Source: Tubiluchus corallicola (taxonomy: Eukaryota > Animalia > Priapulida). Taken from it: DNA of 64,000 nt. The notes beneath the pieces are model-generated. The model was not told the DNA's origin. It ran no database searches and saw only the letters and a list, made by a program, of their open reading frames with translations. Location of the stretch: contig JAQGDQ010000495.1 in the NCBI GenBank assembly GCA_030141605.1, positions 62,001-126,000 of the forward strand. The letters are read 5' to 3'. This document shows, in pieces, positions 1 to 40,207 of this stretch; position 1 is the stretch's first letter, and every line of letters begins with the position of its first letter. The translations under genes were made by a program, and so were the position numbers.

Positions 1-1559
1 TAAAAAAGGTCTATGAAAATACATGTGAAAAGCAATACAAGGTTAAAAAGAAAAACAAGTTGTCCTAACTATTGCAATACATTAAGCAAAATGCGATTGT
101 GAAACCGCATAGTTGTGTGGTATGTGTAATTTTTAACACCATTTTGTAATTAATAAATTGGTACTAAACATTTCTTTACTGTGCATGATGAAAACACAAT
201 AAAACAACGATGAAGAAGATCAGAGACCATAATAAAGATTTCGAGTGTTGTCATCTCAAAAGTCAAAACCCAAAACTTTGTATTTTTGAAAGTTTTCATT
301 CACTGGGCCAGAAAAGATATAATATTTCTGATAGTGCGTTATTTTTCAGTACATTCTACTAGACTGTATTTGCCAGGTATTTTTTGCTTCTCTGGTCAAT
401 TTCTTGACATGTACTTGTTAAAGCAGGGAGCTTTTCCAGTCGAGTGATATTCTTCAAAAAATTATTTATCAGTTGGGCCAACAGTTACTTTAATTGCGTA
501 TTCCAAGTCAGGGAGACTGCTGACTAGATGTTTTCTTTGTTGCGCTACAAGCCTACAGACTTTCTCTTTATTTTAATTTTAGCTATGAATTATAACAGCT
601 ACTTCGTAAATATATATATGTGTGCTTGAGTTGGTGCACTTCGTCACAAACCGAATTCAGGAATCAAGAACCAGCTAAGGGGTAACCATGGTCTGGGGTG
701 GAAACTGTGTTTCAGACGTCTTATGCGGCTTTTCCAGAAACGAGAATCAAGAAATTTGAACCACAAAATAGTACAAATAACTTGATTTTAAACCCTAAAA
801 ACTTAGAAATTACAAAAGTGTAAACATTACACCTTAAATGTTTCAAATGTTATTTTAAATGTCTATTTTTGGTGTTCTTTCCCAACTTTAATATATGTCT
901 CACATCTCATAGCAGACAAATTTTTGTGAACTTTATGTTATGTTAATTAAAGGCAAAGTGGAGGAATACTGGCATTACACTTGCCACTGCATCAAAAATT
1001 TGCGAAAAATGCAAACGAGGTGAAATGGTGAAGCCTTACAATAGATTAAACTTTATTTAATAAATTTACTGTTACTCTTAACAGAGTTTTTATGCTGGTA
1101 TCTTAGCTTAACAGTCATTAGCTTAACCTTATGGAAGTTTCAATAGCATGCAGGTTACTTCCATGAGTTTCAGTATTTTTTACTCCAATTTTAATGCAAT
1201 GGGTGAAATCAGGAGATTTCAGAATTTTTCACAAATCTGACTGAACTGCGGGGAGCTATTTCTGAATTTCAGGAGACTCAGAGCCAAACAGTACACAGGG
1301 ATGTAGAGTACACTTATCATTCAATAATTTTTGGATAATGATTCCATGTCAGAATTGAATGTTAAAACCAATTAAAGTTTAGTTATTTCTAAGTCGGACT
1401 TGGGTGCTGAAGCCCATTTCATAATCAGACCTGAATGTTAAAAGCTTTGTAATACTATGGTATTTAACTCAGTACTTATACGATGCCAGTCCTTAGCTAA
1501 ATTTTATTATAATATACTACTCTTGAGAAGCACCACACTTCCTTATGCTCTCGACATAT

Positions 1560-1860
1560 TTGTTCACAAGTGTTCAGATAGATAGCACGTTTCTGGGAAT
1601 TTGAAGTTTCTTCACAAAAGTTACTTACACAAGAACCCGAGGACACATACAAAAGCTGTTTAAGAAACAAAGGTTTTTAACTAGGAGCTAAACTTTTCCA
1701 GGACAGTAATAAACATATGAACAAGTTACCACAGGAAGCTGTCGATGCTAAAACAGGCAAGTTAAAAGATGTAAACACCTTCAAAGAAAAAATCAACAAA
1801 TCTTTGAACCATTTAGAAACATCGATGAAAAGCCACTAGATTGATATATAACAAAAGTTA
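1560..1860 (+). mobile_element. Decayed 3' end of a CR1-clade LINE ORF2
   Basis: Frameshifted translation resembles the CR1 C-terminus: TRGHIQKLFKKQ...TVINI.NKLPQEAVDAKT...VNTFKEKINK; boundaries approximate. Confidence 0.65.
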
Positions 1861-2145
1861 TTTAAAGTGATGTCACTGATGTTATGCATGGGCAAAATAA
1901 GGTTTAGACCTTCAGAAGGGCCCTAAGACAAAGGTGTCCGGGTATCCAGGTATAATCACAGACAAATTGCAAATTATTGGTAGCCCGAGATCCCAGAAGA
2001 ATAAACCCTGGGTCACATGTTGTAACCTGCACGCTATGAATTATAATAATAATGTACAGACTTTTTGGATTTTAAATGAAGGTAAGTTACCTTATTAATA
2101 TTTAGAAATGATAAACTAATATTAGTATGTCGTCCTTTCTACATA

Positions 2146-2452
2146 TGTTGGGCAAATTATGTATAGGCTATCATGTAAATGCATTTATCACTGCATTTAT
2201 TAACCACCACAAAACTTAAAATTTGGACAAAGAAATTATGGAATTTTAGAAAATAAGTACAGCATACATTCTTGAACTAGAAAAGGAACATCATTTGTTG
2301 GGCAAATTATGTATAGGATATCATGTAAATGCATTATTTGACCTACGTTTTTAGCCTCATAACCAACATAAAACTTAAAATTCGGCCAACAAAATTATGG
2401 AATTTTTAAAAATAACTAGAACATATATTTTTGAGCTACAAAAAGAACATCA
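2146..2452. repeat. Diverged tandem duplication, 2 x ~150 bp
   Basis: tgttgggcaaattatgtatagg...aaattatggaatttt...gaacatca at 2146-2293 and 2296-2452. Confidence 0.85.
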
Positions 2453-4399
2453 GTTCTATTGGGTTTTGGTAAATGTCTGATCATGTCAGCTTTCCCATCA
2501 TCATGTTTCATCAAGAAAATTAACAAAATTATACTTTTTCCTTCCTAACTACTAGAAAAACTGTACAACAAAGTGCTCTGCATAACCTTTTATTCTTTTA
2601 TCATTTCTTTTGAGTTTTTCTGAATATTGAATTTGAGTACCAGTTAATGGTAGAGGCCACTTTGGGTAAAAATACAAATTCTGCATGGTAGCTGGTTTTC
2701 TATATTAATTGATAAAGCTTGAAAAATTGTTTACTTTCATGGTGTTTAAATTGTCCCATTTGCTTATAAAACAAAAAAGTAGAGAATAACAGATGTGCAT
2801 GTATGTCATTTTCAAGATGTCATTACGTTACAGCACTAATGTTTTTACTTCAGTTTTTCTGAAGTACTGTTGCACATTCAAGCATGGCACTATTATAAGT
2901 TGAGAAAATGGGTAACCTAGAATCACATTACATATGTTGTAGCCACTGGTAATACAGCTGTTAGCAGGTACAACAAATTACACACATAATAAAATTGAAA
3001 ATGGTCAGTTTAATCTTTTGTTGAAAAGTTTCAATGAAAACAAATACAGTTCAAGTAAGACAATCTGAAGCTTTCTTCTGAAGTTAATCGACCACAACTT
3101 TCAAGTGTGTTAGAGCTAGCTGAATTTCAATAAAGTAAGTAGCTGAAATGCTCAAATTACTTTTCATGCATTCGTGGGACAATTTTCACAATTGTTTTGT
3201 ATAGCTATTAAAACAATTAAATAATCAATATTGATTATGACTTATTGTTTAACCTAGAAGTAAATCAAAAAGAATTAAATGAAAATTTATTTCGATTAAT
3301 AATACTTGTTACAATATTCAAAAATGTGTCAAGGACAAATGTGTTCAAAAGTATCAAAGCTTCACAGTATTTCCTGATGCAGAATATATATTTGCTAGTA
3401 GGGGTTGCTACTCAGTCAGCTTTGAGCTCTTCTGGTTAAGTAAGATTATGCTCTACCTATGTTTATAAAAAAATCAGCTTTTATAAAAGCTTTACAAAGC
3501 AGCAATACAAGAAGTGTAATTAATGTATAGTACTGCTACATCACCATGAGTGGTTCTAGTATCGTTAATGTGCACAATTACGTGAATAAGCGTAGCATGA
3601 GAATATGGTGGACATTTCTAATTTTTGACATTCACATTCGAAGCATGAATCTAATAGATTATAACAATGAAAATTAAATGTCGGTTAATGTACATCATCA
3701 GCTTTTTTTTGTTTGGTACCACGTTTTTGTAAAATTTACATGGGGGCCCATTTTGTCCATAATTTTGCAAACTTACACTCCTTCTTTTGAGAAAACATGA
3801 ATATGTCGTGTGGGGGACAATAATGATTATATAGCCCATTCAACGGGAGATGTAGCATGGGTGTTTTCATTTTGTGAGAGGCCCCTACAGCGGCTGTTTT
3901 GTTTGGACCCGAAATCCCGATTCATTTTAAATTCTGATGGAACATCATGCAGAAAAAATGTACTAGTGGTGCTTCTTGGGGGTCTTGGAGGGAGATTTAT
4001 AACTTTTTGGCAAGAGGAGGAAGCGACCTGTGTGGGTACTTTTACAAATGCCTCCACCTGAAAGGACAGGTACGAATTAAAATTCTAGTTTCCATTTTGG
4101 GAAATTCTCATTGTTTGTGGCCAGGGTCGTTGCATTGTACTCCGTACCTTTGCTTCAGGATTTTACTAAGCTGCTGCTGGCTGTTATAAAATATAACTAA
4201 AGGCTATTTTTCTGTAATCATCGCTAAGGGAGCAATTTGCAAGGACTATACAAAATGTTCGTACATTACTTATCATTAGTAGAAGGTATAAGAGTATTTT
4301 TGTTATAAATTTCATTCAATTTTGACTATGCGCGTTTTTGCATGGTTTCACTGAATTGATGTTTTCGATTCTGATGTTATTGTTGTCACCACCTTCGTT

Positions 4400-4650
4400 A
4401 CCATCGGTGGTGTCATTGGTGTTGGCTGTGGTGAGTGATGTGGTGTAGTTGTTTAATGTGGTGTGGTCGTGGTAATGTGATGTGGTGCAGGAGGTATGTG
4501 AGTGATATGGTGTGGATAGTGTAGTGGGTGTGGTGAGGTGGGTGAGGTGTGTTGCGTGTGGCATGGCATGGGTGTGATGTGGGTGGCACAATGGGGGTTG
4601 TCTAGTATGGAGTCATACGGTGTGGTGTGGTGTGGTGTGAATGTGGATTG
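4400..4650. repeat. GT-rich low-complexity tract (GTG/TGTGG)
   Basis: Degenerate gtggtgtg repeats. Confidence 0.8.
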
Positions 4651-6239
4651 CCATTATGCATTTATACACAAAATTCATTTGCCATTGCAGGCTTGGCTAA
4701 TAAATAATAATTGTTGCAAAGGTCATGTGATTTACCTAATGTTTTGTATGCAGATTTGTGATCCTCAAACTGTAATTCACTGAAAGCTCTCTAATAATAA
4801 CAGTAATTTATTTGAAAATGTAACCAATACATTTAGAAAGGAACGTTGGCAGCGATTAACCTTAACTATTGTATTGGTAATAATATTGTTAACCTTAAAC
4901 TACTGAAATGTTTTTGTTCTGATGTTCACAGCCCTGCAAGTGACCCTGAGTTTGATATGTGGTTTTCCTTTTTGTGAAAAAGCTATTTATTGTGGGATTT
5001 GGAGTGAATATAATTTACTTTTTTCAAATTCAGCATTTTGGCTTTTTCAACATTTTGCAAGTTTAAAACATTCCACCCCGTAGACTACCTGTTGATTAGC
5101 CTTTTTATGCTGACCTGTTGCCGGTTCTGGCTAGCATCCAGCAGCTATGTGCTGGATACTGGATCTGCCCTTCACATCCGTTCAATCTAAGCAACTACAT
5201 GCTGAGCACTGGATCTACCCTTTCACTTCCATTCAACTAATCAATACGGATGCTGATTGTGATTAGGCCCTATAAATGAGCAGCAGCAGCTTCAGTCATT
5301 GGATGCTTGTGCTTCACTGCTTCTCAATCATCAAATTCGACATCCCAAATCCAAGTAGTGACTTGTGTGTGTGCAGTTCAATGAAGCCTGTGTGCCTAGC
5401 AAGCTTTAATCAGTTGAAGTGTGACTGATTGATATAGTGCAAAGAAATTTCTTACAAGATTTATGTAGTAAAGACCAACATTTGTCCAGTCATGCACAGG
5501 TTTTGCTATTCTTCTGATATGGGAATTAGAAGTAAGTTTCATTACCAATTTACCATAATTTTCAATAAGATTTATGTGCATTCTTACCATTGTTTTTAGT
5601 GTCTGGTTGAGACATACATTCATGTTTACAGGTTACCAGTTAATGTGATATTAAACATGCAAAAAAGTGTTTAAAGCAAAAATTCTTTAAATCTCAGTTA
5701 AAAATACAGTGAATTTTAGGACAAGCAAATGCTTGAAAGTTGGTATATTTTTTAGTCTGATTGATATGCGACTTACTCTATAGAGCCATTCTGTTTGCCT
5801 TTTTGTGAACATCTTTCTGTTACACAAAACTTTTGTAATACAGAAGTTAGACTTTTGCTCATTGTGAGGTAAACAATACATAAAAAAAATTCCAGCAAAT
5901 TTGGACCCATTGCAATAGTAAATGCGTATCTATTAATAACTAATAGTAATATGCGTAATCTGTTAATAACTAACTTCTTATAATCATTTTAGCTGAGTTT
6001 TTTTATACCATCTTGATTGTCATGTCTTGGAGTGCCATTAGGCATTCATTTTTCGAAAAAGTCTGACATATAACCAATTTCTTACCAGTTAAATATTGTT
6101 TCACTAGGAAAAATTCTTTGAGCAGTTGACGTTGACAGTGGCACAATACTGCTTTCTAATTACACCCACATGTTCTTAATAGTTTAATACAGTAATTAAT
6201 AAATTTCACAGTGCGAAGCTAAATAGGCGACAACTACAA

Positions 6240-6395
6240 TGAAAGAGAGAGGGAGAGAGAAAGGAGGCGAGAGAAAATCTGAGAGAGAAAAGAGAGATAG
6301 AGAGAGAATGGGAGAGGGGAAGGGAAACAGAGATGAAAAAGGGAAAGAGGGAGAAAAAGGGTTGGAAAAAAGAAAGACTGTGAGGGGAGAGAGAT
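6240..6395. repeat. GA-rich polypurine tract
   Basis: Degenerate (GA)n. Confidence 0.85.
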
Positions 6396-9300
6396 TCTAT
6401 TGAAATGACATAAATCATAATGCAAAAACTGATTCCATAAGAATGGTAAAATGTGTTGTAAACAAGGTATCCCGGATATTCGGTAGAAAAAGCTAAATAA
6501 GGAGTAACTCAACGCTTTGCCTTCTGGACTAGCCTGGAAATTTCTTTGCACCGCTGAACAACACTGAACAACTTTGCAAAATAGAAGAATAAAAAAATGT
6601 GTTCAGGAAGCAGCATCACTGTAGAAGTGCCTAATTTCACTTCCTCGTTAATGTTCAAAGTTTCAAGAGTCTCTGTGTTGCCACACTGCATGTCAGAATA
6701 ATATCACTAACATACAGATAATTATCCAGTAAGGTAAATACAAATACAAATAGAGTTTTTAGTAGCTAGTGTACATGTTTAAATTAGAGCACACAATAAT
6801 TTTAACGCATGCATTTTAGCTAAAAGCGTAGCTTGACAGGCCAAATTGTACGTGGAAATCTTAAAAAAAGGATTAATAATAAGCGAGATAATAATAAAAT
6901 ATATACTGATTTGGGGAGAGTAGTGAATGAAAGATGAAATGGAGCTAATTATAGTTACTGTCACTTCTTTACAAAAACAGAAAAACAGTTGTGAAAACAG
7001 GTTTAATTCATGTCACTTCGTATGAGTTTAGTAAATTTCTGTGTAGGTATTATAGGATTTAGTTTTGCCTTTTATTACAGTTCTAGGCTAATTCAATGTT
7101 ATTCATCATAAAATGGGATTGGACAACTGGTGATTTTTTTAAATAATTAGTTTTTGCAAATAATATTGTTTGAATTGTAAAGGAAAATTACAAATTGTTT
7201 TAAATACAAATTTGTTAATAAGGATCTATATAGATACTAAAATCTAGCTGACAGCACCTGTATGTCCAAAACCAAAAAAAAATACATTTTTATTTTTGTT
7301 CATTTGATTTATATTTTAAATTTGATTTTAAAACCTGTTAATGCTGATGATACAGTGTCACATGCTGAATAGTGATAACTGCTTATGTTTGACAATTTTT
7401 ATACTTCAGTAAAGAGTTTTCATGCTCATCATTTCACAGTAAACAAACAATTTCCCTCTCCCATGTAATATATTAGTGAGCGTGAACTTCTATGGAATAT
7501 CAGCAACATATTTGCATTGGATTAAATGTCAATCAGTAAACTACTAAACTGAGTGTTCCTTGGAGAAATGTTTTCTCTCATAACATAGTTAATATGCTAG
7601 GCATTTGTACTGTACAACCTGATGGAGTCTTTTAATTATGAGGATAAGCTGCTTCCTTAAAGACAGCTGTTACCAGAAGCTGCTTCATTTGTGATCATTG
7701 TATATCAATAAATTATACAGACCCGGCACTTTTTGTTATGAGGCCTCAGCTGTTGTTTGAAGTAAAATGATTGCAATAATTATATTTATGAAGTATAAAA
7801 GCCTTCTTTGTCTGAGTTACATGCACTCTGTGTGTATTATACATGATTATTTAGTTCAAGGCTTGAAAAACTGATATTATTATTTCAAATGTAACTGGAG
7901 TGTGTGATTATTAAGCAGCTTGCTTATCATTCATCACTAATGCCTTTTAATTATTATTAGGTCAAATGTCGCTCTTATATGTTGAAACTTCTAAAAGTTT
8001 TTTAACTGGTTTTATTAGTGCATAGAATGAGTTATATATAATAAGTCTTTGTGCAAAGGTTCTTCACCTTGTTATGTTGAAGACTGGTATTAAGCTTTGC
8101 TATTTTTGCATAGAATGCAGACAGCAAAATGACATATTTGTCAGCCCATATGACAGTATTACGTGCCATAGTAATTAGCAATATATGCTACATTTAAACT
8201 GACCAGTGTCAATACTCTTCCCTATTATTTTGTTTTAATTTTAAGTTTTCACCATTCTTTCTTTGTGTTCTTTATATTGTTTCTATTTTTTTAATTCCAT
8301 CTTGGTTTTATAAATTCTACATCTCATATGGCTGTACAAAGAAATAGTAAGAAAATTGTAATTTTCTATTTTATGTCCACTATTAAGGTTATTATTGATT
8401 AGTTATTGTGTCTTCACTAATGTAAATATGTCAAACAAAGCGTCTCTGTATAATATTCCCATTGATGTTTATTTTTTTAATCAGACCGTGAGAACAGCCT
8501 GAATCGCTAACTTTCAACTGAACAAATCATGTGGACTGAAATGTGCGTTTGTCTTGAAAGTAGTTGCATGTGGCCTTGCATGATTATAATTGCTGTGTGA
8601 ATGTATCCTTTCTTTGTGGCACCAAGCTCCTTCTAAACCCTGGTGAGACATGGAATAACAGTTTCCTAGACCTCTAGTTTTATTAGATGAGTTCTCACTG
8701 CACCCATTTGCCTTATTTGACACTGTTTTTCATAAAAGTATGATTTACTGCAGTCTTTCTTTCATTTATTAATCATGATGTGAATAATAATGAAGGTGGA
8801 TAAGTTATTGCACACAGAAGATTTGCACGATGCACTTGCTCTTAAACGATCTATCCGCTTCCTATCCCTTGACATATTTTTGAGGATAGTTGCAAATTCT
8901 GTGCTTATCATAAAGTGAGCCCTACATGTAAGTCACATGTGCAAAAAATCGTAAATCCTTGCTCTCAATAATAAAACAAGCATTAATATGATGAATCTGA
9001 TTATCACTTACATTGCAAGACATGCAGTGGGAAATTTTTATTGACTTTATGCTCTGAGTAAAACCTGTCTTGTACTTATGGTTGCAAGGTATTTGTATAT
9101 GGCAATCAATCTAATTCCTGCCTGTTCAAATTTAATTAAATAATCAAAGAGTGCAAACCTCCCTTCTGAATTGTAGAGCAGAATATCGCAACGATGCAGT
9201 TGGTACGTGACATAATGCTGCGGCGGCAGTGACACTGCCCTACAATTTAGCTGAGAACCTTGCAGTTGTTATTATTGTGGAAAGAAAAAAGTACAGAACT

Positions 9301-10717
9301 TAAACTAGAAACTTTAAGAGAAAGAAGAAAGCAGAATGGGAGTGAGAGCGCGAAAGAAAAAAGAGAGTGCGAAAGAGAAGAACATTATTATTATTATAAA
9401 TTTTTGTTTGAAGAATTATCTCGTTATGCAGGCGTACATTTAACAGTATAAACATATGTGCGTAACAGATTAAAATCACTTAAAATAAATACTGTAACAC
9501 ACACACAAATAAATACAGTTTACACAAATATATACAATGGGACAAAATGATTTTTTTACATGTGATTACCAAAAATTGTGCAATTAGATAAAATGTGGTT
9601 ATTTACGTATGCAATCACCATTTATGGGTAAAAATGTTCAAACATGGCTTTCATATTAAACCTGCCATATTTCATTGTTTCTGCTTTCGTAAAATTATGA
9701 CCTTTTAATTGTTAAATATGACACTATACAAAATTCTTACATAGTTTATGAAATGTATCATCTTAAATTTTAGCATTTAATTTATCAGAATTTGTTAATT
9801 TAAAATATAGCTAAGTATCTTTCCACACTTTTAATAGGTATTCTTCTCCTATTCCAAAACGATTGTCCTCAAAAACAAGGATAGTGACTTTATTGTAGAG
9901 TATCCCTAAGATATTTTTTCTATTAATTTACACTAAAAAATCTGAAAACATATATGTTTGTTTGAATTCATTATCACTCTGACACCCATCAGTGTAGATT
10001 TACACATAGCAAACATGCTTTTTTGAAAACATTAAATAGTGCTATCTAAATGTAACTTGGTTTGTTTGACAAAATTATTGCATCTAACAATACATGAAAT
10101 TAGCATGTGTGTTCAATTTTCAGCAATAACTGATGGTGCGGCTTTTAAAAAGAAATGATCCTTACACGCTCTTTACTGCTTGCGCTTGTGGTTTCACTTA
10201 CCTGCAGAGTTTGCAATATTATGTTTGATACCTTTAATACTATCATTCTGGATCTTATAATGTGGCTATTCTGTTTGTCACCTGCTGGTTGCTATTTTTA
10301 AAAAGATAATATCGGTGTAAGATGCATTTGCAGATCTGAAATGCTTGCAAACCTAACAGAAACCTAAAAATTGAAAGGTGTTGAACTAACTGGACTTTTG
10401 AAGATGGCACCTTGAAGAAGGAGAATTGTGTTTACTCGTATACAACTGGTATTGTGAAGTACTAGAAGCAGATATTAGCAATATAAACAGATGAATTCTG
10501 AGTGAATTTGATGATTACATTAGTGTACTCTTATATTATTATACTCGCATAGAATATGCCAAGAACTTCCCGTTTCAAAAAATGAATCATTTTTCTTCAT
10601 CGTGTATTAATTGTAAATCCATATTGTTCATGACAAGTTAATGATGGATGATTTGTTGTATGTGTTTGAATTAGATAAATTACTGTATTACATTCTGTAT
10701 TTTCTTTCTTCTGACAG

Positions 10718-38036
<27,319 letters not shown>

Positions 38037-39425
38037 ACTAGTATGTATTCCACAATGTGTCATGCTGTCAACTGAGTGGCAACATACAAGCTATAATAAC
38101 TTTATTGTAGGCCTACTTGCATGGCATGGCCCATGTGTCCGTGAGTGGTAAAAAGCATACCTCGTTCCTGTGTGCTTTCTAATTATCACTTGTTTACTTT
38201 AACCATACTATAAAAACTTAAGAAACATAAAGGAATATATATATATATATATATATATTGTATATATTTTTAATGAGATCAAACGTCCATTGTGTGAGCT
38301 TCATGAATTACCATAAGTAAAGACTTGCATCGTATAGGCAGTCCATCAGGGAACATTTTATTTGTAAATAATTTTTATTGCTAATGACTTATAATGTTTG
38401 ATCTCACGTGTATTTATGACATTTTGTGCATGTGAAAACTATTGATTTTTATTAAATTTTTAAAATAGACAATAGTTAGTATTACACCTAACAGCTTTTT
38501 GTAGACATACTACAGGAAACAGTGAGTGTTTTTCAAGGGTGGGTATAGCATCATTTAGATTAGGTGTGAGGAAATCGTAGTAACTCCAAAATCGTAATCT
38601 TAAAATTATTTTTGGTACCCAGTGTTCCGTGCATAATGTAGTTAAAGGCAGGTAACTAAGTGAGTTAACAAATGTGCATGTTTGTACATGTTACTATTGT
38701 TATTTTTCATACGTGAGTAACTTTAGATGGCAGCAACAAGTAATTTGTGGCTGTCTCCCATGTAAAACTGTTTGGATTACAAGTAAGAGAGTGTAATAAA
38801 AAACTATTTGGATAGGATCTTATAATTGTTAATGCAGTGATTATTATAATGCATATTATTGTACTGAAATGAGATTTTTGTGTATATAAAATGTGATTAA
38901 TTAACTTAATTTATGATTTTAATGTGTATATTATGGATAAAACTGTTGCTTGATGTATATAATTATTATTACTATTATAAAACATCAATAATAATAATAA
39001 CATAATTTGGTTTGAAATAAACTCTTTGTATAATATTCATAAAATATTTATTTTTGTTTCTTATGTACTGCTATTAATAATTGAGCTGTAAGATGTCATA
39101 AAGCATAAAAACTTTGTTTATAAAAGTATTTATTTTATTGAGTTATTATTAGGATGGTTAGTCACTTTACATAAACTATGGCTTCTATTATTGCATAGTA
39201 AGTGTGAAAACTGAAGACAAATACCGGAAATTTTAATATTGTATAAAAATATTTGCTCCACAATAATACTTAATGGCAGTACATGGCACACATAACATAA
39301 CATAACAAAAACTACAAGTACTAGTTAAAAACAGCTGCTCACCAAAATAACACATCCTTGAACAACAACTATAATAATGGAAAAGAAACAAATTTATAAA
39401 TATTGGGAAAATAAACAAAAGTTGT

Positions 39426-39631
39426 GTTCGAGTAAAAATACAAAGAAGTATAGCTGCCAAATCAACATCCAAACAAACAAAACAATAATGACTTATAAGG
39501 ATCTAGAAGTACACAATTAAAAATCTCATCTATCACCTTAGTAATCCTGTTTCATGATTGCTATTATCTCATACTTTTCATAGTATGCAATCAGAAAATA
39601 TTAATGATGAATCACGCATGGCAATCATTAC
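39426..39631. repeat. 206-bp direct repeat, copy 1
   Basis: Near-identical to 41948-42153. Confidence 0.92.
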
Positions 39632-39721
39632 AAATTCTTGAATTAGCTTAAAAATAAGATAGTGCTCTTCTCAGACTTGCCATGGTCATAAAAGAAGAAG
39701 TTAAAATGCCCATAAATTTCA

Positions 39722-39997
39722 AGAATTCTTTATTTTTTCAGGAGCTTTTGGTCTCTCGGACTTCATCAACTGCACAGATAGATACAATAATAAAAAATTA
39801 CAGATGAAACTACATGTAAAATAAAATATAATGTCAGTAAAATAAAGGGCACAAAAAGCATGAAGAGGCTGAAATGTAGTTCTTTTTTTACCATTTATTT
39901 TGCTGACGTTGTTCACCTTTATTTTATAGGTAGTTTCATCTGTAATTTTTTATTGTATCTTTCTGTGCAGCTGATGAAGACCGAGAGGACGAATTCT
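39722..39997. repeat. Long inverted repeat (~70-bp arms), possibly a foldback MITE
   Basis: ctctcggacttcatcaactgcacagatagatacaataa..aaaaattacagatgaaactac (39753-39813) versus gtagtttcatctgtaattttttattgtatctttctgtgcagctgatgaagaccgagag (39930-39987). Confidence 0.85.
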
Positions 39998-40071
39998 CGA
40001 CTTACATGAACTTATTCTCTGATAATATTTCTACCTCCATTAGCATACTTAACATTATTGTAGATTTAAGG

Positions 40072-40207
40072 TTAAAGTATCGTGCAGTGATCACTCAAGC
40101 TGTTTGTGCTTGCAGTAGAAGTGTTTCCGTTCGCGTCCGCAGTCTCTTCAGACAGGTTCGGTTCACTTGATGAATTTTTCTCCGATTTTTGCCTTTTCGT
40201 CAGAAAG
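40072..40207 (-). CDS. ARHGEF39: ARHGEF39-like terminal exon 12 ending in CaaX (CTIL-stop)
   Basis: ttggtttag acceptor, phase 2 matches exon 11; SFLTKRQKSEKNSSSEPNLSEETADANGNTSTASTNSLSDHCTIL*. Confidence 0.72.

Noticed and set aside
4316-4591. His/Thr-rich 91-aa ORF on the minus strand
   Set aside because: By-product of the GTG-rich simple repeat; no splice or family support
6206-6551. Ser/Leu/Phe-rich ORFs resembling membrane proteins
   Set aside because: Translation of the (GA)n tract
8603-8611. GTATCCTTT, a U12-type donor consensus, after a possible exon at 8485-8602
   Set aside because: No properly spaced TCCTTAAC branch site before the 10717 acceptor; a single 9-mer can be chance
1-10700. 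Additional protein-coding gene in the first 10 kb
   Set aside because: Only short, compositionally random ORFs; no chain of phase-compatible exons found; probably FAM135 5'UTR intron or intergenic DNA
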